Positions 36,380 through 49,387 of a stretch of DNA of 64,000 nucleotides are shown here, piece after piece; position 1 is the first letter of the stretch, and every line of letters starts with the position of its first letter. A model generated the notes under the pieces. It saw only the letters and a program-made list of their open reading frames with translations, was not told where the DNA came from and searched no databases. Source of the DNA: Rhodosorus marinus CCMP1338 (taxonomy: Eukaryota > Plantae > Rhodophyta); contig JAMWBK010000010.1 in NCBI GenBank assembly GCA_029953675.1, forward strand, positions 682,001-746,000, given 5' to 3'. A program made the translations under genes and the position numbers.

Positions 36380-38265
36380 CACTGACCGGAAGAATCTGTC
36401 AAAACCGAAGCTAGCCCCGAGGAAGATTCTATGCATACGTGTTCCCTGAAAAACCCTTGTTCCTTACAACCGAAACCGTCTCCTTCCTGGAAAAGGAGGC
36501 CTGGTGGTGCTCTGAACCCCACCAAAAGATTGAGCCAACAAAACCGACACAAGCCTCGGAGAGCAAAGTCGTCTCTCAAAACACCCAAAAGTATCCCCGC
36601 TTCAAAAAACGAGAAAACAGATCCTTCACGCAAAGACCAGAAAAACCTTTTACATCTACAGGAAGAGGTTTTTTAACATTCCAAAAATTTACATGAGTGA
36701 ACAAAGACCTACTCTACTCCCACCACCCTCCCCACCCCCATTCCTCCTTCCCATTCTTCAGATAAAAAGGCTTCTCCACTTCAAAGTTGCCAGTTGCCTT
36801 CAACTACAAAAAACAACAAAAAACAGGTCCCTAATAAAAGAAAAAAATATATCAAATGTCATGACACCGTACATCGAACACCCAACAAAACCAAAAAAAA
36901 AGAACTTCCGAGTTTCATAACTAGGACAAATATTCTTAATATACACTCAATAAGTAAATAATCTAGCCCATTTCAGATGTACATTGGGGCCTATAAAAGC
37001 ACATTCGTTTACCTTGCCAGCAGTTTTACGATTTCGCTGGTTTCCTGAGTTCCCTCTAAAAGTTTTAATTTGGAGAATATTATTTGGGAACAAAATATGG
37101 ATCAGGGAGGGGGGGGAAATAAAACCCACCGGCGAACGTGTGAAGAACTTGAGGGGGAAAGATGGGGTCGATCCTTTCTAGTTTTAAGTATAATAAGGAT
37201 TTCCGGGTCGTTCGAAAATCGGCGTTTCCGATGTACGACGTCATTTTTCAACAAATAATTTGGGGTGTTTAGTACAGTCAGTACGTGTACGATTCTTGAG
37301 CCCGGTCCCGGACATTAGTGCAAAAGCTCTGCTACGAAGGAATGACGTCCACGTTGCTACCGCTTGAAATTCTTACTTCTAGGAAGCTGTCTTTAGCCAG
37401 GATGCGCATAAGAATGGAAAGAATCGAGGTATGACAACGGAAACCCGTCAAAATCCAGTATCCGCACTATCGACCAAGTCGTTAGACAAGGGAAGAAGCC
37501 AGCTAGGGCACATCCAGCAGTAAATAAGTTTTTGGAAGTACTAGAAGGGTATGACGATCAAAAAATATAAACTCGACGCTGAAAATGCCGTTGTGTACAA
37601 TCTACGTCCTCTGCCCTGCCTCACCACGTTAACTCAGCATCGCTCACAATTAGATCAGACGACGGCTAGTAAAACGAAAACAGTTCAATGAAATCAATAC
37701 TAGAACATCATCCAAACTACGTCAACGTGGATTCTGCCGAAAGTCCCAATCCCTAACGATAGCCAGGACCGGTTGTGAAATCGCTTCTTCAGGGGCTACA
37801 TCTCCAGCACGACAGGACTCCGAGAGCTTATCCCAGCAACTGAAGAAGCTGAACGATCAGCGGATCTTTCGGAGAGACCCACCCCGCACATTGGTTGCAG
37901 AAGGGTTTAGGATCCCCTCGTCCAATCTCAGCAGGTACTCGTAATGGAAAACGTCATTCGAGTGTAGAAAACTATTTAGACCTCTAACCAGAACCCAGAA
38001 CGACTTTGTCTCTGAAAATGTCGACCGTTTGGCCTCCGCGTCAGTACCCTTGGCTCAAGCTTTGTCGCCTTCCCTTAGTGCATAAGGGAAGCCCGGCTGG
38101 TATTTGCAACGGCGGAAAAAAGTACCATGGAGAATGGCATTTAGGGTTCTTCCTAATTGCTTTCTGTTGCTATTGTTTGAGACCTTTGCGTCCACGGGAC
38201 GAGATGACGCAGAGAATTTCTGCGGAACGGTACACCTGATAGATTAGGAGTTGACTGAGGAGACG

Positions 38266-41200
38266 ATGGGAGAAGTGGAAGCCGGAAAATCAGCTTCCCG
38301 AGTTCGGAACATCTGCGTTTTGGCTCACGTAGATCATGGGAAGACGTCACTGACAGATTCGCTTCTCGCCGCCAGTGGCTATATTCATTCTCGAAATGCA
38401 GGCAAGGTATTGAACTTCCCCAAAGGACTGGAAGACTGCGACTTTGCGCTTTTTTCCACTTTCGCCTCGGTACTTATCGGCAACCTTTTCTGTTTGGTTT
38501 TTGCCTTTTGCGCCTTGGTACGACTCCTCCCAGCTGCGATTTTTGGACTCTCGTGAGGATGAGCAGCGAAGAGGGATAACAATGAAGTCCTCGTCAGCAG
38601 TTCTCCTTCACAAGCAGAAATTCGGAGGTGAGCCTTAACAATTCTGCTTCACTGTCAAAGCGAACAAGTTCGTGAGCTCTTAAGATTTCTATTTTGCTTT
38701 CTACGCGCCAGACGATGAACATTCCTTTATAGTAAACCTGGTTGACTCTCCAGGGCATGTAGACTTCACTGGAGAAGTTGAATCTGCCATGAGCGTGTGC
38801 GATGGCGCTCTTCTCGTTGTAGATGTTGGCGAAGGAGTCTGTGCTCAGACAGTTACAGTAAGAGTATTCCAGGATATGAACACGAGATCTCATCAGAATA
38901 ACGCGCTCAGCTTGCTGAGCAAGCTTCGTGTCGCACTGCTTAGGTGCTTCGACTTGCAATGGATAGAGGAATTCAGCCTGTCCTGGTGTTGAACAAAATG
39001 GACAGGCTCTTTACCGAGTTTAAGATGGAGCCAATGGATGCGTATCGACACATTAACAATATTTTGGAGCAGGTGAAGTGCGCACCGAGAAGTACCACTC
39101 CCGTCTGTACTCCTCGACCAACGCTGAAGTCTCCAGCTTGTCAACTTCTGTCCAACAGGTGAATGTCATTGTAGGCGTACGAGATCTGGACAGCATCATA
39201 AGGGCCAGTGAGAATTACGCAGAATCGGTAGAGGACACTGACGCTGTCGGAGAAGATGGAGGTGCCGGTTGGAGCGTTGATGAAGACGAGGAGACCGCAA
39301 CGAATATGTTCTCTCCCGCGAATGGAAACGTGGCCTTTGCCTCGGCAATCGATGGCTGGGCCTTTCGAGTTGAGAATTTTGCAAGTATGTACTCTAAGAA
39401 GTTTGGTAAGCTATATCTCCTGCTGTGAATCGCGGGCACACTACTCCAGCACATCATCGGCTTAGGAAAGCTCATTCTCCTTGGGCAGGGTTGAAGCGCG
39501 AGACCCTCGTAAGATCCCTTTGGGGAGACTACTACGTGAACGCGAAGACTAGGAGAATAGTTCATGGTGCGGATAAGCTGCCTAAGAAAGCTGTGCCTTC
39601 CGCAGCCAAGCCTATGTTCGTCGGGTTTGTTCTGGACAACATCTGGAAGATTTACGAATCTGTTCAGAACAGCGATCCAGAGAGCATAGAAAAGAGGAGG
39701 AACATTGTAGGAAAACTGAACCTCAAGGTGACCTGATTCTTCATAGCTCTTCTCTTTCTCGGATGGATACAAACCTCGCTGACGAAGGAGTCGCGTTAAC
39801 GCTTGCCAAAACTTAGGTCACTGCTCGTGACTATCGGCATCGAGAGGGGAAGATCGCCGTTAGAGCCATGATGAATAGCTGGCTTCCAGCGGCGAAAGGA
39901 CTGCTGGATATGGTAGTGGAAAAACTGCCAAGCCCTGTAGTTGCACAGCGCAATAGGCTTGGGCTCCTGTGGCCGCACTCAAAACCAGACAATCAAGAGG
40001 GAGCAGAGGCGTGGCTAAGAACGAAGAATGCTATAGAAACTTGCGATTCATCGGAAGGCTCACCATTTATAGCTTTTGTGTCGAAGATGATACAGAAGCC
40101 TGAAGACGGAAGCGACCCGAAGATTCGGCAGCCAAAGCCCCGGGAGGTAACAGCTAGAGCAATAGTATCCTATCTGACGCTGGACTGTCCAGTATTCGAG
40201 GAGCACACCACGGGCTGAGCTTTCACAAATGCCTCTCGCATATTCTCTCGTTTGCTAAAGGAGTCGAAGGCTGCTGATGAATTGCAAACCCCCGACACGA
40301 ATGGAGAGCCTTCCGTTGCTCCGGGTAACGGGCAAGAGCAAGAGTTTGTGGCGTTTACAAGAGTCCTGAGCGGAAGTGTCAAAGCAGCGGATAAACTATA
40401 CGTCTATGGACCACGGTTTCAAAGCGGCAGCGACCAGGGTTGGTCGACCGCAGAAGTTGCCAAGGTACAGGAAGCTCAAGTGAATTAGGGCGTGGAAACA
40501 CACATAGGCTGAAAAGGAAACCCGCACTGGTGCGCGATTCGCAATTGCTAGGTCGTACTGCTGATGGGTAGAGATATGAACGCTGTGGAGAAGGTCTCTG
40601 CTGGGAGTGTGTGTGGAGTTGAAGGCCTTGACAATGCCGTACTGAAGACAGCAACTTTGTCAAACATACCACCGGAGCAGATGCTGCCCCTGGCCTCAAG
40701 GTTGGGCGGATCAGAGACCACTTCGGATTTAGTTGTTCGAGTAGCCCTGGAGCCACATACCCCGCTGGAAACTGAGAGGCAAGCAGCTCATTTCCGACCG
40801 AATTCCTCAGAGTTCATTGCTCTATTCGAGAAAAAACCTGAAAGAGAACGTCATGTACAACATTTGTGAAGGCTACAACTAGGCATGAAGAAGTTAAATC
40901 AGGCAGACCCAATGGTGGATACCTACGTGATGGAAACCGGCGAGCTTGTCTTAGCTGTGACCGGGGAGCTGCATTTGGAACGGTGTCTGGTAGATTTACG
41001 GGAGAGATTTGCGAAAGGCGTGCGTTTTCATGTATCTGAGCCGATCATTTCATTCCGCGAGACTGTATCGACGACGGGGCCTACAGTTGTGGCCACGACG
41101 GCCAACAAGCAAGTTTCGATCACGCTCAAAGCTATGCCAATCCCGACACGTGTGGCTCGCAAGTTAGACCAAGAGGCTCCAAGAATCAGAACCCTGCTGG

Positions 41201-42780
41201 GAGAAGCGAAAAGCAATGATGATCTCGTTTCTCAGCCGGAAGGCAAGTAGAGCACAAGTCGCGCTTGCTCGATCAGACCGTGCAAAGAAGTCTTCTAACA
41301 TTCTCGGTGTCGCACGATCGCAGAGCTGAGGAAGATGAGAGGGACCCTCGTGGAGGTTTTCGACCGGGAGGAGGAGCTGTTCAATATGATGAAATCTCGC
41401 CTATGGTCTTCGGGTCCACGAAGTTTCGGAACTAACATCTTATTGGGACCTCCTGAAGCTTGCAAATTCCCGTGCTACAGCAAGGGTATATCAATGTGGC
41501 GCGCTCTCTTCTTCGACTACGAAGTACGGACGGTTTCCCGTGTCCAAAAATGTATTAATTCCCCAGCCCTTGCTGACTCTTGCTTCCGCTTCTTCTTTGG
41601 TTTTTGCAAATGCTACAGCCGGATGAATGCAGTTCCCTGAATCCAACCATTGCGAACGGCATTGTTGCCGGGTTTCAGCACACCACAGCAGCCGGGCCGC
41701 TCTGCGAAGAGGCTATGTACGGAGCTTGCTTCTCCGTTGAGGATATCCACATCGATGATACTGTGGTAGGAGATGGTCCAGACCCTTACGGTCCTCTTAG
41801 CGGTCAAGTAGGTTGGAGCTTCCTCAACATCCTGCCGTTCTGGCTCTGACTCATATGTGCTTTCGATGTGATTGGGGTTCGCACTGAATAGATTATCTCG
41901 TCCGTGAAAGAGGCGTTGCGAAATGCGATAACTAGCTCACAGCCGCGACTAGTTGAAGCTCTCCTTCGGTAAGTACTAGGTACCAACAAGACAAGAAAGG
42001 AATGAAAATGCGTCACCGCAGACTCCAAACGTTCTGAGCTACCCGCAGGAAGCGGAGGGAGTACCTCATGTCCGAAACTGCCGCTGTATTGCAGTGTAGT
42101 CCATGCTAGCCTCCTGCTAGCAGGCTGCGCTACCCTCAAGGCTGCGTTCGGAATGAATGCGAAAAAATTTGCCTTGATTTATACCTCACCGTTCCTATAT
42201 GGACGTGATACAGATTCTCGGGAACCTTGAATCTCGAGATCTAATCTTTTCTGTACCTCATGTAACTTTCCTTCAGGGTTGAGATTCAGACTACCATGGA
42301 CACGCTCGGCAGCATGTACAAAGTGCTAGCGAAGAGAAGGGGTCGAGTTGTTCGCACGGAGATAAAGGAGGGCGCATCCATTTTTGAGGTTGAGGCGCTT
42401 GTTCCTGTGACGGAATCTTTCGGTTTTGCTGATGTTCTGCGAATGCAGACGTCAGGGCAAGCTAGTCCGCAAATGGTTCGTAGCCATTGGGAAGTTCTCG
42501 AGCAGGTGAGAATGGCGCCGAATGACGGAATCACTGCGAGAGGTTCTCAGTATGATTGCCTAGCGTGTTTACTTAATGCGACTTCTCCATGCAGGATCCT
42601 TTGTGGGTTCCACAGACTGAGGAAGAACTGGAAGATTGGAGTCTGGAAGATAAGACGCTAGCCAATAACAATCTCGCCGCGAAGCTCGTGAACCGAACAA
42701 GGAGAAGAAAGGGCCTCCATGTCGTGGATAAGATTGTGGACAAGGCTGAAAAACAGAGAACTCTGAAGAGAAACAAATGA
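38266..42780 (+). CDS. EFL1: Elongation factor-like GTPase 1 (Ria1/EFL1, 60S maturation), many introns
   Basis: [139 protein letters not shown]. Confidence 0.97.
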
Positions 42781-43025
42781 GCCAACGCGTTATTGTACTC
42801 TTCCTCTGCCAATGATTTCTTGGTCAACTATAATTTAGTGGTTACTCCTCACAAGCTACGCGTTCATTGTCACATACCTATGAATATAGACAAATATCCG
42901 GCATCTGTCAACGGAAACCTATCAATGTCGATAACTCTGACGAGCACCGCTGCTTGCCGTTCTGATGGCTCTTCGAGCCGTGCCTTTTGAAATTAAATGC
43001 TACTTCCTACCCGCGATGGTAGGAA

Positions 43026-43694
43026 CTACCGTCTTCTGGTCAGCTTCCCAAGGGCCCTAAATCCTTGCAGGAGCGGATCATCGCTATAGAGCTGCTTCGG
43101 TGGTGCATAAGAGTCCTGGTCCGTGGACACCCTTCCACGGGCAATCATTTGCCTGACGTCGTTATCGTACACAGTTACCGGCAGTTCCAAATGGTCCGGG
43201 TTGATCCCGACCTGCTCAAGTTCGTCAACGAACCTTAAATACGCTACTTTGCGGAAAACCTTCGGCGAGATTAGGGCCTTGAACGTCACTCCCATTGCCG
43301 ACTTGAGCGAATCAGTTGGATGAAGAATAACGATTTTCTTCAGGTTCTTCTTGTAGTTCACATTCAACGCATCCTGAATCTGTCGCATCCACTCCAGACT
43401 CGGGTACCCTCTCTTTTCGGCCTTCCGAGAGTGGACGTAGAGAAGCACGTATTCCCTCTTCACGAGTTCCTCCAGGTACTCTTTGATGTATTTCACCAGC
43501 GTGGCAACGTCGAATGCCGATGTTGCTGGCAGCCTATCTCCAAGAACGATAACCATCGGTCGTCCCATCGAGTCCGAGGCCCCGGTGATATGCAGAAACG
43601 AGGGATGGCTCTTGCTCACTTTCTCTGGCACCCATACCGGTTTCTCCTGCTTCTTCACCGGAACTTCGAAAACCTTCTCAATTTCTAATGCCAT
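43026..43694 (-). CDS. BCH / CRAL-TRIO (Sec14-like) domain protein, intronless
   Basis: FLHITGASDSMGRPMVIVLG..YIKEYLEELVKREYVLLYVHS..WMRQIQDAL..YKKNLKKIVILHPT..LISPKVFRKVAYL..LE..GI. Confidence 0.85.
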   Translation of the reverse strand: MALEIEKVFEVPVKKQEKPVWVPEKVSKSHPSFLHITGASDSMGRPMVIVLGDRLPATSAFDVATLVKYIKEYLEELVKREYVLLYVHSRKAEKRGYPSLEWMRQIQDALNVNYKKNLKKIVILHPTDSLKSAMGVTFKALISPKVFRKVAYLRFVDELEQVGINPDHLELPVTVYDNDVRQMIARGRVSTDQDSYAPPKQLYSDDPLLQGFRALGKLTRRR

Positions 43695-45605
43695 CTTGTT
43701 CACCCTTCCCCTCACCAGAATATTCAATCAGCCCAGGGCGATCCAACTACGTCTACACTCCCGCCTTCCCAAAACCTCTCATTCCACACGCTTTCATAGA
43801 TCTCCCCTACTCCTCCCCCTGCCCCACATCCTCCAACCGAGGTCAGACCGGCAACTAATATGGCTTTCTCATTCAATCGCAGGAATATCTCTTAACCCAG
43901 GAAAAAAATTTACAAGAGCAGAAATCCATCTCATTCATCCACCCTCGCACCATTTCACCATTTCACCATTTCACCAGTCTCCATCCCCAGGCTGTTGCAA
44001 CTGCCGGATCGATCTTTCGCCATGGTGGAAGAAAAAGATGCAACCCTCAGTTCCCGCATTGGATAAAAAATCTAATATTAGCAAAGAAAATTATTATCGA
44101 TTCGTCCGTTGTCCCAAAAATGATGGCTGGCGGTGTCAAAAACAAAAGTTTTTTTTTTGGAGCGGGACAGAGATAACTGCTAAAAAGCAACTTTTTAGCG
44201 TTTTTTTCGCACATTCCTTTTAGATGACCATTTGTTTTGTTTTTGGGTGTTTTTCTCTCAGAAAATAGATGAGGAGACGCCCCCTCTTGGAGTGCGGAAC
44301 GAGAGACGTCTTCATTTAGTGTAATAAATTACTCGGAACCACGTTTTCGTGTGGTTGGATATTTTTTAAATCATTATTCGTGAATAGAATGGCCTGGAAG
44401 GTGGGGAATGTCGGTGGCGAGTTGTAGGGGGGGGGGGTTTCGTTTGGAGCACCACTTAAATGTTTCGTTTCATGAAATTAAATTTATCTTAGCTGATGTC
44501 GTTCCCGATGCTAGATGAGTTGGTAGGGGGAGTGTATTAGAAGCACCACTGTCGAAGCAGAAGTTGTAAAGTAATGCCGGATAGTATTCCAAAACAAGAA
44601 AACGAAGTTTCTCACTAGCGCTCAAAAAGATATAAAAACGCTCATATGTTTGGCGTAGATCTTAAATTAAAGTTCTATTTCCTCTTAATTATGTTGTGGT
44701 ATAATTACCTTCCTTTTTTTAAGCAGACGCCGTGGTCACTAGAGCTTTATGTTGGCACGGGCTCTTCTCTAGCGAGGAGAGTTCGAGCTCTCATTGGTAA
44801 ATAGAACACCTTTTTTTGCTCTGAATAAATCGGTCATGACAATTATGCTGGAGTACTGACAATATTTCTGTACTGGGGTATAAAGTTTAGGTTATACGAA
44901 AACTCGGTTTTCTCGCGCCAAAGTTAAGGGGGGGGGGGTGCAGCCGGGATAGCGTCAGTTCTAAACTGTCGGAGGGTCACGCTCCGCAAAGAAAAACAAA
45001 AGAAAAAGAAAGATCTGGGTATCCTAAACAAGGGAATAGTCGCATCGCAACCAATAAAGAAGCCACGTTTCTTTTTCACTCAGAAATGTTACATAATTTA
45101 TTTGAATAAACCGTATATTGATTGGTCCGACTGCCGGTTCGTACAAGGAAGCGTACTTTTAGAGGACTTTAATCCAATCATTAATTGGGCAGTAATAGAA
45201 CTAGCAAATAGTAGAGCGGCAAATAGTCTGGAAAGTAATACTCTAAAAATATCGATCTAAATTAGGGCGTTGGTGATTGAATTAGTCACAACAATTTTAT
45301 CGAGAAGGGAAGGGATTTTTTACGGATCTTTCGCACTGGTGAAAGCCAATGTATACAAGTTGCGCTTGAAACGGTGGGGCAGGGTGGGGGGTCCAAGCCT
45401 GGATAGTTGATGCCCTTTTTGTTTGTGTTTACTGGATTTCGGGGAGAATTCTCTCTTTTTCAAAACTTCTTTAGAAGGTTTTGCTAACTGACGGAATCTT
45501 TGTGGTTCCAACGGTTTTTGTTTCCTTTTTGTTGTGGGGTATCCTGGTCTTCTTTCAGTTTTTGGAGCATCTTGTTTTCCGCAATGATTGTCTCGGAAAA
45601 GTTGT

Positions 45606-46409
45606 AGTTTCAGGTTAAGAAAAAGGCGGAGACCCTCGATTTTCATGCTCAGAAACGTCGGGGTAAAGTATACGCGGAACTCTTCAGTTGCATCTTGACT
45701 GGGAAATCGGCCGTCTTACTCCAGCATCGCAGCCTGGATCTTCGCACAAGCTCTTGCCCTTCAAAACAAATCAGCAGGTTGCCACTGTATTGAGCAGCTT
45801 TGAACTTCCGCAAGTTGCACGGCATCGCACTTTTCATGGTCCTCCTGTGATTCATATCAAAGTTGTTGTAGTTTTATTCTGCATTTCCTGCTTTTTTTGT
45901 CCTTCTCTTCGGGAGACCAACAGTCTGGTCATGGGCTGGCTAGTCGCAAAGCATCCCGGGTGCCCACGCTTGCATCACGGGCGATTGGAGGGAAGGTGAA
46001 TCCTGGACTGTCTTTATTTTCTCTCCTACGCGTTCTGGTTCCGATGAGTCGTGATGATGATATATTAACAGGTCTTCAAAAAAGCAGAGGGATGAGATTA
46101 GTAAAGCCGCTTACAGCAAGCCAGAGCTAGCTGGGCGCTGGTAGCAGTTTCAGGTTAAGAAAAAGGCGGAGACCCTCGATTTTCATGCTCAGAAACGTCG
46201 GGGTAAAGTAGACGCTGAACTCTTCAGTTGCATCTTGACTGGGAAATCGGCCGTCTACTAGTCCAACATCGCAGCCTGGATCTTCGCCCACAAGCCCTTA
46301 CCCCTCAAAACAAATCAGCAGGTTGGCACTGTATTGAGCAGCTTTGAACTTCCACAAGTTGCACGGCATCACACTTTTCATGGTCCTCCTGTCATTCACA
46401 TCAAAGTTG
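45606..46409. repeat. About 260-bp direct duplication (45606-45865 and 46146-46409) containing a probable minus-strand exon-intron-exon piece
   Basis: Near-identical blocks 540 bp apart. Indels fall only within 45699-45757 / 46239-46301, which has donor and acceptor signals on the minus strand. Confidence 0.9.
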
Positions 46410-47001
46410 ATCAATGCGAAAGAAACTTACGAAAGTGGGTGTGTGCACACTACCATTCCCCACCCCCGTTCACGTTCACAGTGGCTCTCAGCAAGTGTGC
46501 CCAAAAGTCGGGTAAACACGGCAGTGACAGAACTAATCAATCATCATCGCTTCAGTCGATTTGGACGAATGAATCATTATTGGACAGGTCAGTTAATGTT
46601 GGTTGATCTCTACTTGAGTTCTCTCTTCCTAGACCGTTAATATGCCCTGAAACGAGGAACTCCTATAACGTCGCACGGCCAGATCCTGAGAGCATGCTTG
46701 TGATATTTGGATAATTCTCAATTCATTCAGTAGTTGTGACGTTCACCACTCCACTCCCTGAGCCTCCCAAAGCCCCTCCCCAAAAAACCAAGTCTGCCAT
46801 GTGCGACTCAAACGAGCTGCTCGTGGGGTTCAGTGCGGATCCGATTCTGGTTTGGGCGAGATAGGGTTTTTGCATAAGATGAGGGGGAATGGGGGTGGTT
46901 TTGGACAGTGTGAAGGGGCTGATCAGGACCCTTGTTCTGGCCTGTTAAAAACTTCTATTGTTTCGTCTTTGCTCTCCTTGTTTTGTGACACGAGCAGTTC
47001 T

Positions 47002-49037
47002 ATGTCCGCAGCCATGGGTTGGGGAGGCGTATTCGCTATGGTCGGACTTGGAACGGCCATGTTTGTGCGTTATTACAAACAGAAACTGGCAGAGGCGAGA
47101 AAGAAGGAGCTAGTGGTGACGCGGACTATGAAGACACTAGAGAAACACACCCGTATGCTCGATCCGGGGAAGGCGGATACGTTTTACGGGCTTTTGGCTA
47201 TGGACCAAGCAAAGCTCGAGCAACTTCCGGTGCCGGCGACAGTCAACGTTTATGCCCTGTATGATTACGTCGAAGAGCTCATTATTCCGCCGCAGATAAA
47301 CATGGAGGAGGTGATTGTTACCCTTATGGCAAACTTTGGGTTGAGGAACCTTGCACCTTTGACGGCTTTCTTGCCGGAGAAACTTAAGACACAGTCGTTG
47401 TCCAGCGACAACTCGACTGTTCAATCTTTTATCAAGGTGCTCAGCCCGACTATTTTGTCGGCCATCTCGCAGTCAATTCACACAGTTTCGAAGAGCATGG
47501 AACAGAAATCCTACGGACCTGGGAGCGCTCTGTATCTAACGCGTTATGGGTCTGACCATGGGCAGCCGGGTATCGAGCAGTACATCAAAAATCCGTTCGT
47601 TTTGGATACGGATTTGATCTATCTACTAACAGAACTTGACCTCGACGGAGCGCAAGGGGCCCAGAAGCTGAAAACGCCACAGCCAAACCCGCTTTCGGAT
47701 GCATTTTTCCCAGGCCTGTACTTGGGAATGTCCCCAGGTGTTGAACATCGATATGATCAGAGGGAGATTATCGTAAATCGACTCATATGTCAGATACTCA
47801 ACAGGCTTGCATCAAACGCGTATCCAACCGGTTTGATAGATCCTGAGGACGGTGTACCGGGGCCGTTCGCCGTTCAGATGACGGAACAGTCTCCAAAGCT
47901 GCTCAGTCCAGAGGCGCTCTTGGCCGCCCTTGTTGAATCGGGACACAGTGTCAGCGGTGGAATCTTCACGAACATCACTGCCTTTGGTATAAACCTGTCT
48001 ACTAAGAAGGCGGATGGTACCTGGGCGGATGTACCCGTGGCAATTCCAATACGCACGGGAGTGAGAACTCTTAACGACGATTTGCGGGTTGAGACGACTG
48101 AGATATCAAATTTGATACCCCACTCGGCTTTCTTTGTGGATTGCACTGGGCCGCTGCTAGACTTCAGATCCGAGTTCTTCCAAGGCATTGATGGTTTCAC
48201 GGGTAAATCTTGCTGCAAAACGGGTTCTTCTCATGTCCAGCATTTCATGCTCACCACCCTCACCCTCTTCCGATGTGCAGGTTGGAACGCACCACCGTTC
48301 GTGTTGAAGTACTATCAGAACCATCCCGAGATAAACGTACGGTGGACAAGTTTCTTGGTATTCTTCGTTGTCTTTGTTTGTTAACCATGCTCGTGCCATC
48401 TTGATCACTTTCGTAGGCTCTACATGGGATATGGAGCTTTGAGGACATGATCTCAGGGGTAAAACATGCGTCGCACATCATGAACATTTACAATTATATT
48501 GCTACCAAATGGAATCTGCCAGTTGGAGGTTATGGATATTCCGGAGTGTGCCTTGACAGTGTGGCATTGGTGCAGCACAGCGTGAAAGGGGAGACAACCG
48601 TTTTTCCGATAATGATTGGTGGTGGAGTAAAGGTCGAGATTGCCCAGGTATGAAATCCCGGTTCATAAATTGATAGCGAACAGCCCGAGGGAATCGGGGC
48701 CAAAAAGCGATACCCAGTGAAGCTGAATGCATGCTATCATAATTCTTTATCACAGGCCATTCAGGACTTCTTCGACCACGTATCTGCCGCCGGACAGAAC
48801 GAGTACAAGTCCATCATGCGCCGGATCGTTAGCTCGCTAAGGCAGCTGCCTTGTGACGTCCTAGTCGAACCCCACGAACTGGAGGATGCCTGCATCAGGA
48901 TGATGAAGACAATTCCAGAGAAGAGTCCCTTCAAGGTCTGCGTCGACGCACGGAACATGGCACAGCGCGTCCTGGATACCGTGAAGCTCCACCGCACCAA
49001 GCTCACTGTTCAGAACCAAGTTTTTATACCAAATTGA
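47002..49037 (+). CDS. Uncharacterised protein with N-terminal TM anchor, 4 exons
   Basis: Long ORF 46801-48384 plus in-frame exons 48418-48647 and about 48757-49037. Segments include GWGGVFAMVGLGTAMFV, NRLICQILNRLASN and WNLPVGGYGYSGVCLDSVALVQHSVKGETTVFP. Confidence 0.8.
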
Positions 49038-49387
49038 CATCACAGAACGACCTCGATGATTGGTTATTAGGCCAAAGTTGACTAATAAACGCTTTTTCTT
49101 CCTTAGTATTATATTGCTATCCTGAAAAATGAATATTTTAAGATCAATTTCTAAAACTAAAACTAAATATTATAATTTTGATTGATTTTCACCGTCCGTG
49201 TGCATCGATATCATCGTGTTTCAATGGCGATGGTGAGGTGGGGAGATTTGGGTGCTAATCGTTTGGTTCCCTGTTGATGAGAGACTTGTGTCTGTTATTT
49301 GAGTATTATCTGTATTCATTGAAACCGTTGATTCATTGTCAGAACTGAGCTCCACTCCTTTTTGTAACGAATGAGAACGGTTTTGCA

